From the NCBI GenBank assembly GCA_963662405.2, contig CAXXKT010000002.1, forward strand, positions 96,001-160,000: a stretch of 64,000 nt of DNA, written 5' to 3'. Below are positions 40,151 through 47,965 of this stretch, piece by piece; the first letter of the stretch is position 1, and each line of letters begins with the position of its first letter. The notes beneath the pieces are model-generated. The model was given only the letters and a program-made list of their open reading frames with translations, searched no databases and was not told the origin of the DNA. The DNA is from Syntrophales bacterium (GTDB taxonomy: Bacteria > Desulfobacterota > Syntrophia > Syntrophales > UBA2210). A program made the translations under genes and the position numbers.

Positions 40151-41254
40151 TCAGAGAGACCGTATCCCGATAACGTCCCTGACATGCATATGCGTTGATT
40201 CACTGACGTCGAGGCCTTCCTGGACCCTCTCCAGGACCAGGGGCTTTTCTTCGGGGAACTTGTATCCCTCGTAGTCCTGCCTGAAGAGCAGACCGCCCCG
40301 CCGGTCGAGCCATGAGTTCATCGCGTGATCGAAACAGACCCGGGAGGTTACGTCAAGTCCCTGAACCATCAGCTGCACCTCTTCGAGCCGCTCATGCGGG
40401 GATGAGAGGTGCAGGTCTTCCCGCTCATAGTCTTCGTAGATGGGGGTCCCGATCCTCGGCACGAAGGGCCGCGAACGGATGTAGTGGGGATTGATCGCCG
40501 TGAGGACGCGGGCGGTATTCTCCGCGTGCTGGCGCCACCGCTCCCGTCCGCCCAGATCGGGCATCCAGTACTCCGAAAGCTGAAAGCCCGCCTCCATGGC
40601 CTTTCTCCCGCCCTCGATCTGTTCTTCGCTCGTCACACCCTTTCGGACAATCCCGAGAAGTTCGTCGTCCCCCGTCTCGAGCCCCACGTGCAGGCGGGTG
40701 AGACCGGCATCACAGATCTCTTTCAACTGTTCAACCTTTCTCTGAGCGAGGGTCTTCGACCGTGCATAGGTGGTAACCCGCTTCAGCGAAGGAAGCGTCT
40801 TCCTGAGGTATCTCAGGACCTCCACGAATTCCGGCGGCCGCATGATCAGGCTGTTCGCGTCTTGGAGAAATGCCGTTTTAGCCCCCGAGGTGAGCCAGTC
40901 AAAGACAGAGATAAAACAGTGGTTGGTGTAGAATGACGGATCGGACCGCAGGATGGTTATCGCCACATCCCGGTTTATACGCCCGCCATGCCCCAGCTTC
41001 CGTGAGATTGCCTGTATCTCATCGATGATTCCCCTGACCGAATCGATATCGGCCTTTATCTCCTCCACCGACCGATAGACAAATTTTTCGCCCTTATACA
41101 TCTCGCAGAAGGTGCACTTGTTCCAGGGGCAGTTCCGGGTAAAGCGAAGGAGCAGGGAAAAACTCCCCCCCTCGCTCGGTGGTCGGTACATTCCAATATC
41201 AAAGGAATACCGCTTGAGTTTTTCAATATGGGGTCTATAGTCGCTTCCTGGCAT
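40151..41254 (-). CDS. Radical SAM protein (uncharacterised family)
   Basis: YRPPSE, CPWNKCTFC, FLQDAN, HVGLETGDD, FDH. Confidence 0.88.
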   Translation of the reverse strand: MPGSDYRPHIEKLKRYSFDIGMYRPPSEGGSFSLLLRFTRNCPWNKCTFCEMYKGEKFVYRSVEEIKADIDSVRGIIDEIQAISRKLGHGGRINRDVAITILRSDPSFYTNHCFISVFDWLTSGAKTAFLQDANSLIMRPPEFVEVLRYLRKTLPSLKRVTTYARSKTLAQRKVEQLKEICDAGLTRLHVGLETGDDELLGIVRKGVTSEEQIEGGRKAMEAGFQLSEYWMPDLGGRERWRQHAENTARVLTAINPHYIRSRPFVPRIGTPIYEDYEREDLHLSSPHERLEEVQLMVQGLDVTSRVCFDHAMNSWLDRRGGLLFRQDYEGYKFPEEKPLVLERVQEGLDVSESTHMHVRDVIGIRSL

Positions 41255-41481
41255 ATATGGGACCTCTTTTTCTTACTTTTTTTATAAGCTAACGTTTCTC
41301 TCCCCATTTGTCAAAGGCGGGTTTTGAGCCCCCCTCCTGTCGTTCGACACACACGGGTCGATTTTCTTACCTCTCAACCACGGGAGGGTACGCTTGAAAA
41401 GTGACTTTCCGGGACAACAGCCCGACAACGTTCCGATAAGAATCGGTTGAGATAAGCCCTTACTCCGTATCGGATTCCCGC

Positions 41482-41514
41482 TTGACATTCGCGATAAAGG
41501 TTGTATCATACAAC
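41482..41514 (+). promoter_or_regulatory. Promoter of marR-hgcAB with overlapping palindromic operator
   Basis: TTGACA (41482)-16 nt-TATCAT (41504); perfect palindrome GTTGTAT-C-ATACAAC at 41500-41514. Confidence 0.7.
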
Positions 41515-41515
41515 T

Positions 41516-42022
41516 ATGTCTACTGAGAAACATCCCGATACGAGGAAGCTTCTTTTTCTGATTGCAGAGCTCTGCCAGACGGCGCGGTGCTGCCGACAGG
41601 ATGCCCTCTTTTGCGAAGGAGTTACCTTCTCACAGTTTCTTATCCTCGACGCCCTGGCCACCCAGGGTTTCATGAAGATGGCGGATCTCCATACCATCCT
41701 TGCCGTGGAGAAGAGCACCACGACGCGTCTCGTCAAACCCCTTATAGAAAGCAATCTGGTGCGACAGGAAAAGATGAACCACGACCGGAGAGCGATATAC
41801 CTGCGCACCACACCCGAAGGGGAAGAAACATACCGGCGGGTATGGGACTGTTTCACAGAATTTGCCGCGGCAATCAGGGGAAAGATTCCGGAAGATGAGC
41901 GGCCACAGGTCTATCGTGCCCTCGGTATCATCCTTGATGCGATACGTGATACATCGTCTGTATGCAATCGTAATAATACAAAGGATGCACATAATGGACA
42001 ATCCGAATTTCAGATCATTTGA
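41516..42022 (+). CDS. Cys-rich MarR-family transcriptional regulator
   Basis: VTFSQF..L, KSTTTRLVKPL, DRR..Y..T..G wing; N-terminal C-x4-CC-x6-C. Confidence 0.88.
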   Translation: MSTEKHPDTRKLLFLIAELCQTARCCRQDALFCEGVTFSQFLILDALATQGFMKMADLHTILAVEKSTTTRLVKPLIESNLVRQEKMNHDRRAIYLRTTPEGEETYRRVWDCFTEFAAAIRGKIPEDERPQVYRALGIILDAIRDTSSVCNRNNTKDAHNGQSEFQII

Positions 42023-43157
42023 GTATATTCAGAAAGCGCCGGACCTCGGGGTCATCTCCGCCCCCTCTACGTGAGCGACATCCTGCGGGGTTCAGGCGAA
42101 CCCCCCGCGCATGGATCAGCCCTTTGTGATCGGGTCAGTAGAGATCGGCATCGGCCGCGTTCCCCAGGTCTCGGCATCTCTCCGATGGATCGACCACTGG
42201 GGCACAATCAAGGCACGGGCAGGGATCAACCGGATGCGCTACACCGTTGATCCCGGTCTCTACGCACTGGGAAATCCCGACACCGAGTCGCCGGTCCTCG
42301 TCACGGCAAACTACAAACTGAGTTTCGACAGCCTCCGTTCCGCCCTCCCCGGCCGCGATGCCTGGATCCTCGTCCTCGACACAAAGGGGATCAATGTCTG
42401 GTGCGCCGCCGGGAAAGGGACCTTCGGGACGGCCGAACTTGTCGCACGCATCCAATCGAGCAGGGTTGACCGGGTCGTTGCCCACCGCACGATTATCCTG
42501 CCCCAGTTGGGCGCCCCCGGAGTCGCCGCGCACGTCGTCAAAAAATTCGCCGGGTTCTCGGTCCATTACGGCCCCATCAGGGCAACGGACCTGGGACGAT
42601 TCCTCGATGGAGGGATGCAGGCGACTCCCGAGATGCGTATCAAGACCTTCACTCTCGCGGAGCGGGCGGTCCTGATCCCCGTCGAGCTGGTTCTGTCGCT
42701 CAGAGCGGCTATCATCGTCGCACTGGCCATCATCCTCATCTCCGGTCTGGGAGGTCCCGGGACCTATGGACAGAATGTCCTCTCGTACGGCATCTTCTTT
42801 TCTACCGCCCTCTTCAGCGGTGTCTTTGCCGGGGCCGTGCTGACCCCCCTCCTCCTCCCCTATATCCCGGGGCGGGCCTTTGCGCTGAAGGGGTTGCTCA
42901 TCGGCCTGGTCACCGCCGTGATCCTCCTTTTTTTTCGGAGCCCCGATATGGCGCGGTGGGCGGACCGTCTTGAGGCCCTCGCGTGGTTTTCCCTGGTCCC
43001 CGCCGTGGCGGCGTACCTGGCAATGAACTTTACCGGCGCCTCGACCTATACCTCGCTGTCGGGCGTTAAAAAAGAGATGCGATGGGCCCTCCCTCTGGAA
43101 ATAACGGCCGGAGGAGCAGGAGGCCTGCTCTGGCTGGGATCACGCTTTATTGTATAG
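41994..43157 (+). CDS. hgcA: Mercury methylation corrinoid protein HgcA, probable selenoprotein (in-frame TGA 42072-42074)
   Basis: Cap-helix motif GINVWCAAGKGTF, TANYKLSFD, PQLGAPG, C-terminal TM region ending FTGASTYTSLSGVKKE; ATG 41994 has AAGGA RBS and is in frame through the TGA. Confidence 0.93.
42085..42108 (+). other. SECIS-like hairpin after the hgcA TGA
   Basis: GGGGTTC-AGGC-GAACCCC; loop starts 19 nt after the UGA and has G at loop position 2. Confidence 0.75.
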
Positions 43158-43168
43158 GAGTCTATGAT

Positions 43169-43501
43169 ATGACACGGTTCAGGTATCTCAAAAATGTGAC
43201 TACCCTGATGCTCGATGAAGAGAAGTGCATTGGATGCGGCATCTGTATGGCCGTCTGTCCCCACGCGGTCTTTAATATGAACGGCGGTAAGCGTATTCGG
43301 ATCGAGGATCGCGACGCCTGCATGGAGTGCGGGGCCTGCGCACTCAACTGTCCGGCTGAGGCGTTGTCGGTAGAGTCGGGCGTCGGCTGCGCCGCAGCGG
43401 TCATCAACTCGATGCTCGGCGGAGGCTCCGCCACCGGGTGCTGCTGCAGCGTCGAACCCGACGAGGGCTCCCGTGCCTTGAAACGCCCGAGCTGTTGCTG
43501 A
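43169..43501 (+). CDS. hgcB: Mercury methylation ferredoxin HgcB
   Basis: CIGCGICMAVCP, CMECGACALNCP, GVGCA, C-terminal CCC and CC; directly after hgcA. Confidence 0.95.
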   Translation: MTRFRYLKNVTTLMLDEEKCIGCGICMAVCPHAVFNMNGGKRIRIEDRDACMECGACALNCPAEALSVESGVGCAAAVINSMLGGGSATGCCCSVEPDEGSRALKRPSCC

Positions 43502-43666
43502 AATGTGTTGCGATCGATGGATTTGTATATATTCGACTTAGGTAACAATGCTCTGCCAATGCATCCTCTCGTGCTTCCTCTGCATCCCGCGATGTGGAAG
43601 CGTCCGCCGTCAACACGGAATAGTGAATCAATCGTCATCGGTCACAAAGGAAGTGAGGTACGACCA

Positions 43667-44821
43667 GTGAATCTGAAAGACAAGTATGCCATTGTCGGTG
43701 TGGGGTATACCCCCCAGGGGCGGGTCCCGGACAGGACGACGCTGAGTTTTCACCTCGAAGCCTGCGCCGACGCCATTGAGGACGCGGGGCTGAAACCCGG
43801 TGATATCGACGGCCTGATCGTCTATCGTCACTTTATCCCGCCGACGGGAGAATCGGATGTCGCCCCCTACGACGTGGCGCAGCACCTCGGACTGTCGCCG
43901 ACCTTCCTCGCGCAGGACGCCAACTGATCGCGCAGCCACTTACAGCACGCAGTTGGCGCGCTCGAATCCGGTCTTTGTAACTATGTGCTCCTTTCATACG
44001 CCCACTCGGGAGACAGCATGTTCCGCATGCTCACGGAGATGGCGGGTGATGCGGCCGCCTTCGGCCACTTCGGGGCGTCCGCTGGATACGCCCTTGCCGC
44101 GCGGCGCGCCATGCACGAATTCCACACGGGACCCGACACCTGGAAACAGATCGCCGTGGGACAGCGCAGATGGGCCAATCTCAATCCGCGGGCGGTGATG
44201 CATGCCAAGCCGATGACATCCGAAGATTACTATAACGCGAAGTGGCTTGTCGAACCCTTCCGCCTCCCCGATAACTGTCTGGTCAACGACGGCGGTCGTG
44301 CCTGTATCATCACGACGGTTGAGCGGGCGCGTGATCTGAAACAGCCCCTCGTCACCATCATGGGGATGGGGCAGCACAACCCCTCGACGGCCTTTCAGCA
44401 GGCCACCTATCTGGCGGGACCGACCGGCGCCCGGCAGGCACGCGAAACCGCCTTCAGGATGGCGGGGATCACCCTCGACGATATAGACGCCTGCGAGATC
44501 TACGACTGCTTTACCTATACCGTCGAGATCACCCTCCAGGACTACGGCTTCTTCGGCCCCGGCGAGGGAGAGAACTGGTTCTCGGGAGGAACGATCGAGC
44601 CGGGGGGACAAATGCCCGTGAACACATCGGGCGGCCAGTTGTCCGAGGCGTACCACATGGGGCTGACCCCCCTTACCGAGGGGGTGATGCAGCTCATGAG
44701 ACGGTGCGGGGAGCGGCAACTCGGCCCCGCGACGGACACAAAAGAACCCGAGATTATCCTGTGCAGCGATAACGGGGCCATACTGCAGACACATTCCTGT
44801 TATGTCCTGAGGAGGTGGTAA
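43667..44821 (+). CDS. Thiolase-fold (SCP2/Ltp2/PhlC-like) protein with in-frame TGA at codon 87; candidate selenoprotein
   Basis: AIVGVGYT...DAN*SRS...DGG...EIYDCFT...NTSGGQLSEAY all in one frame; 384 aa when read through. Confidence 0.85.
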
Positions 44822-44823
44822 CC

Positions 44824-45234
44824 ATGACGTCATACGAAAAACCCCTGCCGCAGATCAATGCCGACACGAAAGAGTTCTGGAACGGGTGCAGAGAGCACCT
44901 GATAAAGATGCAGAAATGCGGCGATTGCGGAACACTCCGCCTGCCCCCGTCATTCCTCTGTCCCCGTTGCCATTCCCGGAACACGGACTGGATCGCCGCC
45001 ACGGGAAGGGGGTCGATCTATACCTTTACCGTCAACCATGTGGCCTTTCACCCGGCCTTCCAGGAAGATCTTCCCTATGTGGTTGCGGTCGTGAAACTGG
45101 ACGAGGGTCCGCACCTGCTGACGAATATCGTCGGCTGTGACCCGGCCGCGGTGCGGTGCGATATGCCCGTGGAGGTCGTCTGGGACGATGTGACCGATCA
45201 GTTCAGCTTGCCAAAGTTTCAACCGGTCGTGTAG
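44824..45234 (+). CDS. DUF35 Zn-ribbon/OB-fold protein (thiolase partner)
   Basis: FW.G, CGDC...CPRC, G.IYTFTV, PYVVA.V.LDEG. Confidence 0.92.
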   Translation: MTSYEKPLPQINADTKEFWNGCREHLIKMQKCGDCGTLRLPPSFLCPRCHSRNTDWIAATGRGSIYTFTVNHVAFHPAFQEDLPYVVAVVKLDEGPHLLTNIVGCDPAAVRCDMPVEVVWDDVTDQFSLPKFQPVV

Positions 45235-45292
45235 GATACATGATCTGCTTGTTTACGAGAGATGTACAAACCGTTAGGAAACCTGGGCTGCC

Positions 45293-47965
45293 ATGACCGA
45301 CATACACCCCAACCGGTTTTATCTGACCTCCACCGGGAGGCTGGCGCGCGACCTCACCCGTCGCTTCCGTCTCCAGTGCCTGCGCGAAGAGAAAGAGGGA
45401 TGGGAGCCCCTCCGGGCAATGAGCCTGAACGCCTGGCTCACGCTGACCTGGACCGAATCGTGGCCCGATAAGATCCCCGCTCCTGATCTGTACCGGATGA
45501 ACCTCTGGAAGGAGATGGCCGACCGGATCGCGCCCCCTCCCTCACTCGTTGCGGACACGAATCTCTGTGCCATCCTCGACGAGACCTACGGAATCATGGC
45601 GCGTCACGGGATCGAACCATCATCCGGTTTTCCCTCCACCCCCCTCGTCGAATGGCGGCGCGAGATCAGTGGGGTTTTTACCCGATCGCTCGAATCGGAC
45701 GGGCTCTTCCATCCGTCGCTTCTTCCGCTCTTGATACGCCGGGGGATAATAGACGGCAGGATCTCCCTTCCTGAAAAGATCACACTCGCCGGCTTCGAAT
45801 TCCCCGCCCCCCTGGAGCGGGATCTGTTCGCAATACTTGAGAAATACAGTGATGTCACATGTGTCATTTCCCCAGATCGCCGTCCTGAGCGTCTCGAGGC
45901 CCTGGCCCTCCCCTCTCCCGAACAGGAGGTGATCTATCTCGTCCATCGCCTCGTCCGGGATGCTCAAACGATCCCCCTTCACCGGATCGGCGTGATCGTC
46001 CCGGACATGGATCGGTACGCGAAGCATCTGGAGGGGGCCCTCAGGGATGTGACAGCCCAGGCTCCGCCCCACGGCTCTCACTGGTTCAACGTAACAAAGG
46101 GGGTTGCGCTCCTCGAGACGCACCTCATGCAGGCGGCCCTTCTTCCCCTGCGCTTCATCATCGAAGGGCAGCCCCGCGAGCGGCTCCTCTCTCTTTTCCT
46201 GTCCCCCTACTACGGATACTCACAGGGGAGGCGGCACGAGATCGCACGCGCCGACATCTCCTGGCGAAAGCGCTCCCTCGATTTCGGCCTCGACAATCTC
46301 ATGGCGGCGCTGAAGAGAGAAGATCCCCATACCTACGCCCTCATCCCCCCGGATATGCTCGACCATCTCTCCTTCTTCTGCCACAGTGAAGAGATAGGGA
46401 ATCAGAGACGGGGGTCCTTCTGGTTGGGACAACTCAGGGACCTGTGGACCCGCCTTGGCTTCCCCATCCTCGCGGACGAAAAGGATACCGTCGATAAAAG
46501 AGCCCTCGAAGAGATCACGGATGAGATCGACCGCCACCTCTCCCATACGGGGATGGATGGCCATGAATTTTCAGGTTGGCTGACATACCTCGCCTCACGG
46601 AAGACGGTGCAGACCGGCGCCGCGGAGGACGCCGGGATACAGGTTATGGGCATGATCGAATCGCGGGGCCTCGATTTTGACAAGGCGTACGTCCTCGGGA
46701 TGGACGACCGATCGCTCCCCGAACCGGCACGCCCCCTCCCCTTCCTCGATTCGACGGAGAGAAGGCTGGTCCAGGGGGGAACGGCACAGAGCCAGTACGA
46801 GTTCGCTCGTCGGTCCATAGACCACCTCATGACCTGCGCTCCGGATATCACCCTCCTCCGTGCCGAGCAGGAAGACCTCAAGCCCCTCCCTCCCTCCCCC
46901 TTCTGGCCGGGCGACAGCGACACGCGCTCTATCGATATCTGGAACACCCCCGATCCGGCCTGGTTGCGGGCCGGATGGCTCGACTCTTCCCATAAAGGAA
47001 TACATGAGAGAATATCGCCTGAACAAATGACAGAAGGACCTCTTGATCCAAGCATTATCCCCAGGACCGTCTCGGTGAGCCGGCTCCAGACGGCGGTCAC
47101 CTGCCCCTACCGCTTCTTTATCGAGAGCGTCATTAAGGTCGAACCGCTGGAGGATATCGAGGCGGATGCCTCCCCCCGCGAAAGAGGGACCCGAATACAC
47201 CGGGCCCTGGCTCTCTTTACGCAGAGGCTGAGAGAACGGGGGGTGGACCTGGGCAGCGACGAGGCGCGCACCCTCCTGACGGCCTGTGAGGATGAAACAC
47301 TCCAGAGTGTAGCGAATAAGCCACACTGGGCGGTGGAACAGAGGCGCTGGATCGGGGACAGGGACGATCCGGAGGGAGGCGGAATCCTCTCCGAGTGGCT
47401 CGACCGCGAAAGGACGCGCTGGACCGGAGGGTGGCGGTGCGTTGCCGAGGAGACCCCTTTCGACGCCCTCGCGATTCCCGGGCTCCCCTTCACCCTGCGG
47501 GGAAGAATCGACCGGGTGGATTTCAGCGACCAGGAGGGGTTCCTCCTCTGGGACTACAAAACGGGCGCCGTTCCCTCGCGTGCGGATATCGTCACGCGCC
47601 TGAAGGAACCCCAGCTCATTATCTATCTCATGGCGCTCCTTGGCGGCCATATCGCCGCCCTGGGTGACCGGATAGACGCGAATGTGCCTTTTTCGGCCGG
47701 GTATGTCCGTCTCAAGTCAGCCGGCGATATCGCCATCTCTCCGATCAAGGGGATCGAGTCCTCCCTGCAGGAGTGGCACACGGCCCTCGCCAAACTGGGA
47801 GCAATCCTGGGATCCGGTGATTTTCGGCCCGAACCCTTCCCCGTTTCGGGAACCACCGGGAGGGAGAAGACCTGCGAGGAATGCCCGTTCATAACCCTGT
47901 GCCGTGTGGGAATACGAAGCCGGCGCGCGTCGGAAACGGAGGAGACCGATGAAGGAACCGAATGA
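45293..47965 (+). CDS. addB: AddB-like PD-(D/E)XK nuclease with Fe-S staple
   Basis: ESRGLDFD, SVSRL...CPYRFF, GRIDRVD, DYKTG, QL..Y, CEECPFITLC. Confidence 0.75.
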   Translation: MTDIHPNRFYLTSTGRLARDLTRRFRLQCLREEKEGWEPLRAMSLNAWLTLTWTESWPDKIPAPDLYRMNLWKEMADRIAPPPSLVADTNLCAILDETYGIMARHGIEPSSGFPSTPLVEWRREISGVFTRSLESDGLFHPSLLPLLIRRGIIDGRISLPEKITLAGFEFPAPLERDLFAILEKYSDVTCVISPDRRPERLEALALPSPEQEVIYLVHRLVRDAQTIPLHRIGVIVPDMDRYAKHLEGALRDVTAQAPPHGSHWFNVTKGVALLETHLMQAALLPLRFIIEGQPRERLLSLFLSPYYGYSQGRRHEIARADISWRKRSLDFGLDNLMAALKREDPHTYALIPPDMLDHLSFFCHSEEIGNQRRGSFWLGQLRDLWTRLGFPILADEKDTVDKRALEEITDEIDRHLSHTGMDGHEFSGWLTYLASRKTVQTGAAEDAGIQVMGMIESRGLDFDKAYVLGMDDRSLPEPARPLPFLDSTERRLVQGGTAQSQYEFARRSIDHLMTCAPDITLLRAEQEDLKPLPPSPFWPGDSDTRSIDIWNTPDPAWLRAGWLDSSHKGIHERISPEQMTEGPLDPSIIPRTVSVSRLQTAVTCPYRFFIESVIKVEPLEDIEADASPRERGTRIHRALALFTQRLRERGVDLGSDEARTLLTACEDETLQSVANKPHWAVEQRRWIGDRDDPEGGGILSEWLDRERTRWTGGWRCVAEETPFDALAIPGLPFTLRGRIDRVDFSDQEGFLLWDYKTGAVPSRADIVTRLKEPQLIIYLMALLGGHIAALGDRIDANVPFSAGYVRLKSAGDIAISPIKGIESSLQEWHTALAKLGAILGSGDFRPEPFPVSGTTGREKTCEECPFITLCRVGIRSRRASETEETDEGTE

